Assembly: GCA_964346905.1 (NCBI GenBank)
Contig: CAYFXH010000005.1
Coordinates: forward strand, 1-63,556
Reading direction: 5' to 3'
Length of the DNA: 63,556 nt
Source of the DNA: an uncultured Desulfobacteraceae bacterium
GTDB lineage: Bacteria > Desulfobacterota > Syntrophobacteria > BM002
Made by a program: the position numbers and the translations under genes. The stretch's first letter is position 1. Each line of letters opens with the position of its first letter. A model generated the notes under the pieces. That model searched no databases. It saw nothing but the letters and a program-made list of their open reading frames with translations, and was not told where the DNA came from. Shown in pieces: positions 27,667 through 37,189 of the stretch.

Positions 27667-28338
27667 TTACCTTTCTCCGGCGGCCGCTTTGGGGTACTCC
27701 GACTTTGCCACAAGGGCGCCCGTGGGACAAATGGCAGCGCAGGCACCGCAGTGGTGACAGGGAAAATCGGCGGGATCTCCGCTACCGATAAAGGCGATCA
27801 CGGTGTCGATGCCCCGCTTGGCAAAGGTCAAAAGATTGTGGTCATTTTTTTTCCGGCAAACGTCAACGCACTTGCCGCAAAGCACGCAGCGGAATGGATA
27901 GTAGGTGAAGAACGTAAGGTCGACTTCTTCTTCGACGTCCCGGGCAAGGAGCTCCAGGGGCCGCGGGTTCAAACCGACCTTGAGGTGCTTAGCGGTGCGG
28001 ATTAATTGGCAACTGCCCTTGACCGGACAGACCTTTGCGTCGCAGTGGTGTACGGACATGAGCAGCTTGAAGGATGCGCGTTGAAGGCGTCTCACCGGTT
28101 GAGTGTCGGTCCGTACCACCAAACCCTCGCGGACTTTCTCAGCACATGAGGCCACCGGCCGGTCAATGTCGTCAATCTCTACAAAGCACAATCTGCACGA
28201 GGCGTGGGGGTGCGTCCTCGTCTTCATGAAACACAAATTGGGGATGAAAATCCCGTTTTCGAGACATGCCTGGAGAACGGACTTTCCTTGTTCAGCCTGA
28301 ATCTCTTTTTCGTCGACAATGAGTTTGACCATAATCAC
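27667..28338 (-). CDS. Iron-sulfur protein equivalent to the N-terminal FeS module of NuoG/HydA ([2Fe-2S] + three [4Fe-4S]-type motifs), with no catalytic domain
   Basis: 223 aa. Motifs LCFMKTRTHPHASCRLCFVEI...SC, HHCDAKVCPVKGSC, CVLCGKCVDVC and CHHCGACAAICP. The start is GTG 28338 or ATG 28332. Confidence 0.8.
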   Translation of the reverse strand: MIMVKLIVDEKEIQAEQGKSVLQACLENGIFIPNLCFMKTRTHPHASCRLCFVEIDDIDRPVASCAEKVREGLVVRTDTQPVRRLQRASFKLLMSVHHCDAKVCPVKGSCQLIRTAKHLKVGLNPRPLELLARDVEEEVDLTFFTYYPFRCVLCGKCVDVCRKKNDHNLLTFAKRGIDTVIAFIGSGDPADFPCHHCGACAAICPTGALVAKSEYPKAAAGER

Positions 28339-28566
28339 TGTCTCTGCACGATGCGGAGAACTAATCCAGCACTGGCAAAAGGAAGGTTAAGCCAGCTCCA
28401 CTTCCCCCCTCAGCCGGAATATTGGCATGGTGGCATGAGGGCTCAGAAGAGTATGCAACATACGATATGAACACTTTATCTATCCATCATGCCAAAAACG
28501 GCGCAAAAGCAAGGGTGCCACAGAGTTTATGACCTCAGGTGGTTACGAGGGCTGCGCAACGGTGGA

Positions 28567-30654
28567 CTACTCTCCTGCCGGTTTTTTCTCGGGGGTGCGC
28601 TCAATGATGGGGGCCAGCTCCGGCGGCGAAACCTTTAGCACCGCATCGTATTCCGGGGGACAGACCACCATACATTCCCCGCATTTCACACAAAGCTCCT
28701 GGTCGATGGCCTTCTTCCTCCCTCTGGTTGTAAAAATGGCTTCCACCGGGCAACAGCCTACACAGACTTCGCATCCCCGGGCGCACTTTTCGAGGACGAT
28801 GTAGAAGGCGGTAAGGGTCCGACACTTCAGGGCCGGACACCGCTTTTCCCTGACGTGCGCCTCGTATTCATCAAGGAAATATCTGAGCGAAGTGAGTACC
28901 GGATTGGGGGCGGTTTTCCCCAGCCCACAAAGGGACCCATTCTTGATGTCCTGGCTTAGCGTTTCCAGAAGCTTCAAATCCTGCTCCCTCCCCTCGCCCT
29001 TGGTGATACGGTCCAAAATATCGAGAAGATGGCGGGTTCCGATTCGGCAAAAGGTACATTTGCCGCAGGATTCCTTCTGGGTGAAGTCGAGGAAATACCG
29101 AGCCACGTCCACCATGCAGCTGTCTTCGTCCATCACCACCATGCCGCCGGAGCCCATCATCGCCCCTGCTTCAGTAAGGGAATCGAAGTCGATGGGGGTG
29201 TCGAGAAAATCTTCCGGTAAACAGCCTCCGGAGGGTCCGCCGATCTGTACCGCCTTGAACCCTTTTTTGTTGGGGATTCCGCCGCAGACGTCGAATATGA
29301 GCGTCCGCAGGCTTGTTCCCATGGCAATTTCCACGAGCCCTGGGTGCTTGACGTTGCCGACCACGGAGAAAATGGCGGTGCCAGGGCTGCTTTCGGTACC
29401 AATGGTTCGAAACCACTCCACGCCTTTCTTGATGATTGATGGTACCGAGGAGAGGGTCTTTACGTTATTGACTACGGTGGGTTTTCCCCAAAGGCCTTTT
29501 TCCACCGGGTAGGGCGGGCGGTACTGTGGCATTCCACGGTTTCCTTCAATCGACTGGATAAGCGCAGTTTCCTCGCCACAAACAAAGGCCCCAGAACCCT
29601 GGAACACGGAGACCTCAAGATTGAACGGTGTCCCCACAATGGAAGACCCCAAAAGAGAGAGCTCCTCAGCGTTCTGGATGGCTCGTTTTATGGCCTTTAC
29701 CGCGAGGGGGTATTCCGCCCTGATATAGACAATGGCCTGGTTTGCTCCAACGGCGTAAGCGCAAATTGCAAGGCCTTCCAGCAACTGATGGGGATTGCTT
29801 TCGAGAATGGTGCGATCCATGTAGGCGCCGGGGTCCCCTTCGTCACCGTTGCAAATGACAATTTTCCCGTCGGTTTCGGCGGTTCTTGCAAGTCTCCACT
29901 TGCGCCCGGTGGGGAAGCCGGCGCCGCCCCTGCCGCGCAGACCCGAGGCCTCGATTATTTCAACGATCTTGTCGGGCTCAGCACCCAGCGCCTGAACCAA
30001 CCCGGAATACCCACCCTCACCGATGTATTGATAAATGTCGTCAGGATCGATGAGACCACAGTGTTCCATCACCAGTCTTTGTTCCAGATTGAACCGCGCA
30101 AAGTCCATCACCGCAGGAATCAGGTCGTTTTGCTCCATGGCGCCCAGGACGTATTTGAGAACGGGATCGTTCTCTCCCAGGTAAGCTCTCACCAGTACCC
30201 GCGCCCTGTCAGCGTTGATTCGGAAATAACAGATGGGCGGAAACCCGGTGGCTGGATGATCAATTACCACCAACGGCTCCGCGTAGCAGTGGCCGATACA
30301 GCCAACGGGAACGATCCGGGCCTCAATGGATTTACGGGAGAGTTCTTCTTCGAAGGCCTGCTTGGTTTCGGCCGCCCCAGAGGCGAGTCCGCACGTGGAC
30401 ATGACGATATAAATGGTGGGAATGGACCCGTGCTTTTTCTCCTCGGCGCGCTGTTTGGCCTCCCGCTGGATGAGGGCAAAACGATCCTTAGCATCCACCT
30501 TCGTCACCGGTTTCCCCCTCCGCTTTTTCCCGTTCTTCCCGCTCTCGCTGAATCTGGAATTGAACGAATATCCCCTCAACTTTACTGGGCTGCATGTGTC
30601 CTTTAACGGTCTCGTTAACCAAGGCGACGGGTGCCAGGGCACAGCATCCGACAC
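28567..30654 (-). CDS. NuoF/HydB-type NAD(H)-binding FMN flavoprotein with an N-terminal thioredoxin-like [2Fe-2S] domain and a C-terminal 2x[4Fe-4S] ferredoxin domain
   Basis: This is the maximal ORF. The likely true start is a GTG near 30513 (VTKVDAK), because the upstream part overlaps the nuoE-like gene. Motifs GLRGRGGAGFPTGRKW, CNGDEGDPGAYMDR and ESCGKCTFCRIGT, plus two CxxCxxCxxxCP clusters. Confidence 0.88.
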   Translation of the reverse strand: MSDAVPWHPSPWLTRPLKDTCSPVKLRGYSFNSRFSESGKNGKKRRGKPVTKVDAKDRFALIQREAKQRAEEKKHGSIPTIYIVMSTCGLASGAAETKQAFEEELSRKSIEARIVPVGCIGHCYAEPLVVIDHPATGFPPICYFRINADRARVLVRAYLGENDPVLKYVLGAMEQNDLIPAVMDFARFNLEQRLVMEHCGLIDPDDIYQYIGEGGYSGLVQALGAEPDKIVEIIEASGLRGRGGAGFPTGRKWRLARTAETDGKIVICNGDEGDPGAYMDRTILESNPHQLLEGLAICAYAVGANQAIVYIRAEYPLAVKAIKRAIQNAEELSLLGSSIVGTPFNLEVSVFQGSGAFVCGEETALIQSIEGNRGMPQYRPPYPVEKGLWGKPTVVNNVKTLSSVPSIIKKGVEWFRTIGTESSPGTAIFSVVGNVKHPGLVEIAMGTSLRTLIFDVCGGIPNKKGFKAVQIGGPSGGCLPEDFLDTPIDFDSLTEAGAMMGSGGMVVMDEDSCMVDVARYFLDFTQKESCGKCTFCRIGTRHLLDILDRITKGEGREQDLKLLETLSQDIKNGSLCGLGKTAPNPVLTSLRYFLDEYEAHVREKRCPALKCRTLTAFYIVLEKCARGCEVCVGCCPVEAIFTTRGRKKAIDQELCVKCGECMVVCPPEYDAVLKVSPPELAPIIERTPEKKPAGE

Positions 30655-31060
30655 AGGCTACCCGTTCGACGCTGTATTCACGGTCAGGAGTGGTTTCCCC
30701 ATCCTTTATGCCCAGCTTGCGTTCAAAGTTTTCCAAAATGATATCTCCCCCGGCTACGTGGCAGGCGGTACCCAGGCAAACCTTGATCTGGTGTCTGCCA
30801 GGCGGTTGGAAGCGAAACTGGTTATAGAAGGTGGCAACCCCGTATACTTCGCTGGGAGAGATGGAGAGGTGTTTTGCAACCAGCTCCATGGCGGCGGTGG
30901 CAAGGTAAGCATGCTTCTCCTGGATAAACTGGAGAATGGGAATGAGGTTTCCCCTATGCTTTTCGAACTCGGGAAGCTTGGCCGCCAAATCTTCGACCAT
31001 TGCTCTTTCTTCGGGATCCAATTGGGGAGCTGGCATGCACACTGCGTCCTCAGAAATCAC
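30488..31060 (-). CDS. NuoE/HydC-type thioredoxin-like [2Fe-2S] subunit
   Basis: 190 aa. Motifs LIPILQFIQEKHAYL, VATFYNQFRF, KVCLGTACHVAG and VACVGCCALAP. Confidence 0.85.
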   Translation of the reverse strand: MISEDAVCMPAPQLDPEERAMVEDLAAKLPEFEKHRGNLIPILQFIQEKHAYLATAAMELVAKHLSISPSEVYGVATFYNQFRFQPPGRHQIKVCLGTACHVAGGDIILENFERKLGIKDGETTPDREYSVERVACVGCCALAPVALVNETVKGHMQPSKVEGIFVQFQIQREREEREKAEGETGDEGGC

Positions 31061-31537
31061 TAGCCGTTGTTTCCGTGTTGCAATCTGCGTTTATCATTTT
31101 GAAGCTTATATTTCAAGTCACGCTGTCCCACTGCTCACGGCTTGGTGAGAAGTCCATCTGCCCGACGAAATCGAAATTCAACGGGGAGAGCCCTGTTCCA
31201 TTCTCGTTACCCGAGAGGGCGAAGCCGCTGGAACAGGGGAAATCATTGCGCTCAGGTTCAACCGAATTTACTGTGCCGTTCATGCAATGGCTGTTTACGA
31301 GAGCATCACGGTTGATGCCAGGGACGGTCTATCTCGGTGAAACGAAACCAACCACAGGGAGAAAGAGGTGTATCGCCTGAGAGCCGAAAGATATGTCCAA
31401 TTTCATGCACGGTCTCTGAGCACTTGAACGTGGTTGCAATCACCGTGGAAGGTTGCACGTATTCCCTACTGGTGGGGGCAATGGCAGGAGGGGAGAGTTG
31501 CTCTGCATGCTGCAATCAGGTATAGCGCCTGAATGAT

Positions 31538-32356
31538 CTAATCCTTACCCTCCCCTTTTTTCAGCTTGAGGACGACTTCGTTTGCTACCAGTTGGCCTTT
31601 TATGGGATCTCTTCTGTATTCCTCAACCACAATCCTGTCTTCGAATATCTTTTTGACGATGCCATCATTTTGGCCAACGTAGGTTCCCTCTTGGACCACG
31701 TACCCTTTACCGGTGGCATCTTCCACCAAAGCCTTGTTGCCCAGCTGACCCCAAATAATCGCCTTGAGGCCGGATTGGATTTCACTTAAAGGCATCCTCT
31801 GGAGAGGCGTAAGTGGTACGCGAGGCTTTTGCTCCGTTTGCTCTTCAGCGCGGGCAGCGAGGATAAACGGCTTGAAGGGATCAGGCTTGCCGGTGGGATC
31901 GTATTTCCAGCCTGTTTCGGTGGTGACAGCGGGCGCTATGCTGCTGGATGCTTTTGCAGCCGCGGGGGTGGCCTCTGGGGGCGGTTTTTTTTCTCCTGGC
32001 TTCTTGGCGGCCAGTCTCACCGGAGAAGACGCTGCCGAGATACTAATTCGGTAACTCTGGGGACCGGTACGGGCGTATCTCACATTTTTCGCAAGCGCCA
32101 GCTTGTGGGTCGCATTATCCAGATATTTCCCCTTGAGAACATCCAGACTTTGGGGCGCGTCCCCTTTATCCTGCATATATTTCCTGACAGCTTTGTTGAC
32201 TTTTGCTCTCAGTACATGGTTAGGATCTACCTTGGCTATGTCTACCTTCTTGCCTGTGGGTTGGTTTTCTTTCTCGATTTTTTGTGCATACCAGACGTAG
32301 ACGCCCACCAATGCTAAAAGAATTACAGCGAGAATAATGGTCTTTTTCTCTTTCAT
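31538..32356 (-). CDS. PilP-like pilus-assembly protein with an N-terminal TM helix and a pseudopilin-like middle segment
   Basis: The ATG at 32356 follows GGGGGAG. The C-terminal region reads DPFKPF...LKAIIWGQLGNKALVEDATGKGYVVQEGTYVGQNDGIVKKIFEDRIVV (PilP fold signature). The track ORF extends 13 codons further upstream. Confidence 0.6.
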   Translation of the reverse strand: MKEKKTIILAVILLALVGVYVWYAQKIEKENQPTGKKVDIAKVDPNHVLRAKVNKAVRKYMQDKGDAPQSLDVLKGKYLDNATHKLALAKNVRYARTGPQSYRISISAASSPVRLAAKKPGEKKPPPEATPAAAKASSSIAPAVTTETGWKYDPTGKPDPFKPFILAARAEEQTEQKPRVPLTPLQRMPLSEIQSGLKAIIWGQLGNKALVEDATGKGYVVQEGTYVGQNDGIVKKIFEDRIVVEEYRRDPIKGQLVANEVVLKLKKGEGKD

Positions 32357-32609
32357 CCCGCTCCCCCTGGCTACGGACCGGTTGAGGTATGGCAAGAATG
32401 GGTTAGATATATCTTAGATGCAAGAATTATGCAAGTCACGAAGGCTGGTTATAAAGAAAGTTGCAGGGACGCGGGGTGGTGGACGCTAACTGGACGTGAG
32501 AACAGGGAATTGCAGAAAAGTATGTTGATCCGTAAACTGCGAGCTGGGAGAGTCTCCTCCGGCCAAAAACGTACAGTTTTGTGTCATATGGGACAGATTA
32601 TACTGCTGG

Positions 32610-33146
32610 CTAGAGCCCTGCTAAATCCCAATAGGAGCCAGCTGATTTGTCAGGATCCCAGAAAATGCGGTCAGATGGATTACCGGAGGTATCGGCGTCC
32701 ACAATGCATGAGCTTCCAGGAATCCAGAAATAGTAGCCGTTATTTCCTCCTGGGTGGCCAAAGAAGAACTGCCACTTGTCGGTGTTACTATTGCCATCGT
32801 TCACAATCGTCCAGGATATCTTATTGGGGATGTTAATCATGGCAAACTCGTCGCCAAAGTCAGCAAGGTTTCCTCCAATTCCGGAGATGGTAACTGGATT
32901 CACCGGGTCATCAGTGGGCTCCCCGGTAACCGCAGGATCGGGCTTCGGCTCGTCAATGGCGGCGACGGTGAGGAGGGATCTCATGATGGAGATCACTTGC
33001 GAATCAAAGGACTTCTGGCGGTTGACTGACAGCGCCATCATACCGATGCTGGCGAGCACGCCAAGAATGCCAACCACCATAAGTAACTCGACGAGGGTGA
33101 AACCGCTCTGGGTAGAGACGACTGGAGTAAACCTTTTGACACTCAT
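32610..33146 (-). CDS. Type IV pilin / pseudopilin-like protein with a prepilin N-terminal cleavage/methylation motif
   Basis: The ATG at 33146 follows AGGAGGAG. MSVKRFTPVVSTQSG/FTLVELLMVVGILGVLASIG is a class-III signal with Glu at +5. Confidence 0.8.
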   Translation of the reverse strand: MSVKRFTPVVSTQSGFTLVELLMVVGILGVLASIGMMALSVNRQKSFDSQVISIMRSLLTVAAIDEPKPDPAVTGEPTDDPVNPVTISGIGGNLADFGDEFAMINIPNKISWTIVNDGNSNTDKWQFFFGHPGGNNGYYFWIPGSSCIVDADTSGNPSDRIFWDPDKSAGSYWDLAGL

Positions 33147-33269
33147 GTTCTTTCTCCTCCTGGCTTGCAAAATTCTCGCCCTGAGGTGCCCCGTTTTTCC
33201 AAAATGCTCCCCAGACCTGGTAAATCACCGTCCAGGGATAAGGTGCCAATCTTTGGCGCCATACTAGGA

Positions 33270-33285
33270 GCAATTTTGATGCCAA
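33270..33285 (-). promoter_or_regulatory. Sigma-54 (-24/-12) promoter for the pilin gene
   Basis: The minus strand reads TGGCATCAAAATTGCT, matching TGGCAC-N5-TTGCW in spacing and at all but one core position. It lies about 125 nt upstream of the pilin ATG. Confidence 0.7.
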
Positions 33286-33649
33286 GCGCTGAGCACGAAC
33301 CGATTTCAGTCTACGCGGTTTGGGGAATTTTGTAAATGTACAAGCATAATGCTTGAAACGACGCACAGTTATGAATCTTTGTCTTTTTCTCCTCCATGGG
33401 CTGGAGTGTGCGTACGCCCGGATTTCCAGTTGCTGATTTCTGACAGTAAGTGTCAGGTCGTGCCCGTACTTGTCATTTGGCCACAATACTCCTCATCATT
33501 TGGCCAGGATACGGTCGGTTGCACGAGAGCAGGTAATTCATGACTAGACGCACTTCTGCACTGGGCGAACAAGAGTGTGGAGATTGCTTCTAAGATGGCG
33601 AGATAGACCATGCCCCGCCCAAACTTCAGCCGGGGGGAGGGACGCAAGG

Positions 33650-33844
33650 CTAACGCGACTTGGTGGCCCCTTGCATTTTCTTGTATTCTTTGAATTCCGG
33701 GCAATTGCGGCATGAGAAACTTACCCAGTACTTTTTGACCGCCTCTTCTAGGCACTTCTGGTAGTGGGGGCAGTCAAAATAGCGATGGGCATTCACATTG
33801 CCGTATCGTAACTCCTTGTGCAACTCCTTTGCGGGCGTAGGCAT
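33650..33844 (-). CDS. Small Cys-rich hypothetical protein (C-x5-C...C-x2-C)
   Basis: 64 aa from the ATG at 33844, with a strong AAGGAGG RBS 12 nt upstream. Contains FDCPHYQKC and FSCRNCPEF. Confidence 0.5.
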   Translation of the reverse strand: MPTPAKELHKELRYGNVNAHRYFDCPHYQKCLEEAVKKYWVSFSCRNCPEFKEYKKMQGATKSR

Positions 33845-34257
33845 CAATTCCCTCTGCCTCCTTGTAACTTGGATCTGGTTACCATTCAGTTCAGACTCAT
33901 TCTTGCAATGAATCCTTTCAGGGTATCTCTAGGCTTATCTGTTCAGCTGTTAAAAAAAGTGATGACACCATTTATAACATTTTTGTCTAAATCTGAAAAG
34001 TACTATATCCATGGAACGTTCGGGTAAGCTGTTCGGTCGCCCTGCTGCGGGGCGAACCGGCAAATCTGCTGGTGATTTCATACAACAGTACATCAGAAGG
34101 TTACCCGTTGGGTTGAGCGAATACTCATATCTCTTTGGACAGGTATCCTGGTAAAAGGTTCCCCGGTTGGAAAACGGCCGTAACCGCTGTGGGGATGGAG
34201 GATTGCCGCGTGGAAGTTTTAGACCATGAACCGCCCAGATGGAGCTCATCAGCATGG

Positions 34258-35124
34258 TTAAGGACCCGTGGCGCTGTACCACGTACTGTTGGGATATTTG
34301 GCTAGTCGGGCGGCCCTGGCATCCTCAATGAGTTGGATGGTTGCTGCGGCATTGGCATTTCCCATGCTTGCTGCCTCACGTAACAGGGGCAGGGCCGGAT
34401 CCTCAATCAGCGCCAAGCAGGCAGGGGCACCACCCATTACCTTCTTGCGGGCAAATGCTGGAATCTTCGCCATGAAACCGGTAACTGGACTGGCAGCCTC
34501 ACCTGTCTTTTTAACCAGAAGCCGCATCAACCGGGTATCGCTCATCCAGGCACGGTCAACGTTGCTCAAGGTTCCGCCGTTTAGAACGATGTTACGTTTT
34601 TGTTGCAACATTCCTCGCAGACCTACCAAGGCCCCCTTGGCCACTTGCGGATTTGGGCTTTCAAGATAAAAGAGGATGGCACCGAGGTACTCCTCATTGG
34701 TCGCTTTTTCGAAGGCGGCAGTCAGAAACTGCTTGTTGATTTTTTTATTCCAGGATGTCTGGGGCATACCAACCAATCGGGTAAGCACCGCCAGATTTGC
34801 CCCTGAAATCCGATTGAGGGTGATGTGGTATTGCTGTTTGTAGTAAACGGCGGAAGCCTGGTTTCGCTCCAGATAATACTTCTGGGCATGGCCGTAGTAG
34901 ATGAACAAGGGTGCGTTTCCGTTGGGATCGTTTTCCTGGTTCTGGGCCAGATCGATGACTTTGTCATAATTATTCCTGTCAAAGGTGTTCAGAGTGTCTC
35001 TTTCCCAGTCGAGTAAGGGGCGTTCTGCCCACATTAGGGACTGGGCCGAAAGACTTGATATCCCTCCGCTTACGAGAAATACCAAGATAACGGCGAAACC
35101 AGATAACCCTGTCCTCTTGCCCAT
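34258..35124 (-). CDS. Secreted hypothetical protein
   Basis: The ATG at 35124 follows AGGAGA. The signal peptide is MGKRTGLSGFAVILVFLVSGGISSLSAQS. I recognise no family. Confidence 0.55.
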   Translation of the reverse strand: MGKRTGLSGFAVILVFLVSGGISSLSAQSLMWAERPLLDWERDTLNTFDRNNYDKVIDLAQNQENDPNGNAPLFIYYGHAQKYYLERNQASAVYYKQQYHITLNRISGANLAVLTRLVGMPQTSWNKKINKQFLTAAFEKATNEEYLGAILFYLESPNPQVAKGALVGLRGMLQQKRNIVLNGGTLSNVDRAWMSDTRLMRLLVKKTGEAASPVTGFMAKIPAFARKKVMGGAPACLALIEDPALPLLREAASMGNANAAATIQLIEDARAARLAKYPNSTWYSATGP

Positions 35125-35411
35125 GGATTGGTCTCCTTTTTTCAGCAATAGCCGGTAAGAGATTGGCTGCAGATTATAGAAACGGTACACCGGTATGTCA
35201 AACTAACAATGGTGTGTATCTCGTCAGTGGTGCGTCGCACCAAAAAGCAGAGCGCATGGAGCATAGAGTTTCCCTTTTCGGACCGTGCTCCATGCTCAGT
35301 GCCCTCCGAAACGGCCGAAGAATCCACTGAAGTCGCAGAGGTTTGACACCTGACAGCAAACCTGCCGAGCTCTGGTGAAGATTTGGCCGTGCACCCGGAG
35401 CAGCGGGTCAT

Positions 35412-37133
35412 TTATTGGTCGGTATTGGTCTGCACGTTTGCCAGTGGATTAGATCCATCGAGCCCTTCGGGTACGGGTATTCCCAACAGCTGGGTCACCA
35501 TGGGAACCAGATCGAGGGTTGAACCGGTACGTTTAAGGGAGTGGCGGGCGGGGATAATTCTAGACAAACCGGGCCCGGCCACCCAGAGAGATACGATTAG
35601 ATCCTCCGGATAGAAACTGCCGTGGTGTCCATACTTGTCGAAGTCGCGTTCAAAATAATATCCTTTCTTGTTAATTAACTTGATATCCGGGGCTGTCTCT
35701 CTGGTATATTGTCTTCTCAGTCCTTGAACTATATGTTCTCCCAATTCGAAGTGTTCTGCCAGCTCATCAAGAGGCCGCAGGGCACTGAGGAAGGCAGCAT
35801 CCTCGCCCGCACTGGCCCGATAGGAGCGGTAATCAAAGACCCACCACTGATCGCTCTCCGTCACACCATCATGTCGCTCTTTCGGATACTGACGGATCAC
35901 CATGGAATAAATGGATGTCTGCACATCCGGATTGGCCAGGATGAGATCCACCGCCGGCTTGACATCGGCTAACAACCGGGGTGGATCCAGCCAATTTCCT
36001 GTTTGTCGGTTCTTCAGGTAAATTTCCTTTGTGCAGGCCCCTGGCATAATAACTGCATCGGCCCGACGGTTGCTCCTTGTCCAGCCGGGCAGTTTGAAAT
36101 GGCCGTCCAGGCTGGGATGCAGGGTGTTGTCAGGTATGTGTTTTCGGATACGGATGAAGCCGTGCTCAGAGACCAGAATAACGATGGTGTCCTGGTAGCT
36201 CCCAACCTTCTTGAGACCACTGATCAACCTACCCATCAATGGATCCAACACCGTCTGGGTGTACTGTTTTTGAATTTCGTCCATGGACGCTTGACGTTTT
36301 TTGAAATCACCAACGGGATAGTGGGAGAACAGGTCTGTGCCCAACAGTTGCACCACCATTACATCGGGAACCAGGTGCTTATACCTGGAAATCCCTGCCA
36401 GACTCTTCCCATAAGACAGTATGCGGCCGGTCAGAAAACCATCCAGGGTCTTGTGGTCCACATAACGGCTATCCGGAATCCATTTGCCATTGCGGAACGC
36501 TCCCAGAACTGAACCGTTACCCCAGAAAAACATGCCGGATTTCACTGACCAATCCGCCCCTTTGGTTAGCATGAGCATGGTGGTCATGGAACGTTTGCCT
36601 GCCTCACCCACATAATCAAACAGAGTCTTGACTCCCCGCGCCTTCAGAATACGGTTAATTCGCGTTTGTGAGTAAGAGATGAGTGTGCGAATCTGGGTTG
36701 TGGTCCGGTCAAACCAGATGGTGGAAACAACCCCGGTGGCCTGAGGATACAGCCCGGTGTACATGGAGGTTATAGCTGGTTGAGAGGCGGCCGGAATGGT
36801 GGTGAAAACCCGGGGAAGATATACATAGGCCTGATCGTTGTTGGGTCCTTTAATGAGTTCCTGAAAATTGGGTAGTCCTTCCAGGTCTTCATCGAGAATG
36901 TTTCGTTTCATTCCGTGGAATTCGAGTATCAGCACCTTGGGGCTTGTCCTGCCAGCCTTTGCGCTTCCCCCCACGAGCACCAATACGAGAAGTGCCGTGG
37001 TCACCAGTGAAACTGCCGGAATTGTATGGTGGCGTAGTTTCTGGAAATACCGAGGTTCCATGCGCTTCATCTTCTCAAGGGGGCGAGCAGTGGAGTCGTT
37101 ATGTATATATCCAGGCATCATAAACAAAAGCAA
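35412..37133 (-). CDS. Alkaline-phosphatase-superfamily protein (nucleotide pyrophosphatase/phosphodiesterase-like), membrane anchored
   Basis: 573 aa maximal ORF with an N-terminal TM helix. Motifs VLILEFHGM, FTTIPAASQPAITSMYTG and TIVILVSEHGF. Confidence 0.65.
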   Translation of the reverse strand: MLLFMMPGYIHNDSTARPLEKMKRMEPRYFQKLRHHTIPAVSLVTTALLVLVLVGGSAKAGRTSPKVLILEFHGMKRNILDEDLEGLPNFQELIKGPNNDQAYVYLPRVFTTIPAASQPAITSMYTGLYPQATGVVSTIWFDRTTTQIRTLISYSQTRINRILKARGVKTLFDYVGEAGKRSMTTMLMLTKGADWSVKSGMFFWGNGSVLGAFRNGKWIPDSRYVDHKTLDGFLTGRILSYGKSLAGISRYKHLVPDVMVVQLLGTDLFSHYPVGDFKKRQASMDEIQKQYTQTVLDPLMGRLISGLKKVGSYQDTIVILVSEHGFIRIRKHIPDNTLHPSLDGHFKLPGWTRSNRRADAVIMPGACTKEIYLKNRQTGNWLDPPRLLADVKPAVDLILANPDVQTSIYSMVIRQYPKERHDGVTESDQWWVFDYRSYRASAGEDAAFLSALRPLDELAEHFELGEHIVQGLRRQYTRETAPDIKLINKKGYYFERDFDKYGHHGSFYPEDLIVSLWVAGPGLSRIIPARHSLKRTGSTLDLVPMVTQLLGIPVPEGLDGSNPLANVQTNTDQ

Positions 37134-37189
37134 TAGTCTCTTTGCTTTTCTACCGTTGGACTACCCTTGGACGGTTTGATGGTCTCGCG

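Noticed and set aside
28500-28525. TGGCACCCTTGCTTTTGC on the minus strand, considered as a sigma-54 promoter for the 223 aa FeS gene.
   Set aside because: The TTGC elements sit 2 or 8 nt after TGGCAC instead of the required 5 nt spacing, so the -24/-12 phasing is wrong.
35254-35295. 10 bp perfect hairpin GCATGGAGCA...TGCTCCATGC, considered as the terminator of the alkaline-phosphatase-family gene.
   Set aside because: The loop is 22 nt and, on the minus strand, the T5 run begins 7 nt after the stem. That is not a convincing intrinsic terminator, so it is left unassigned.
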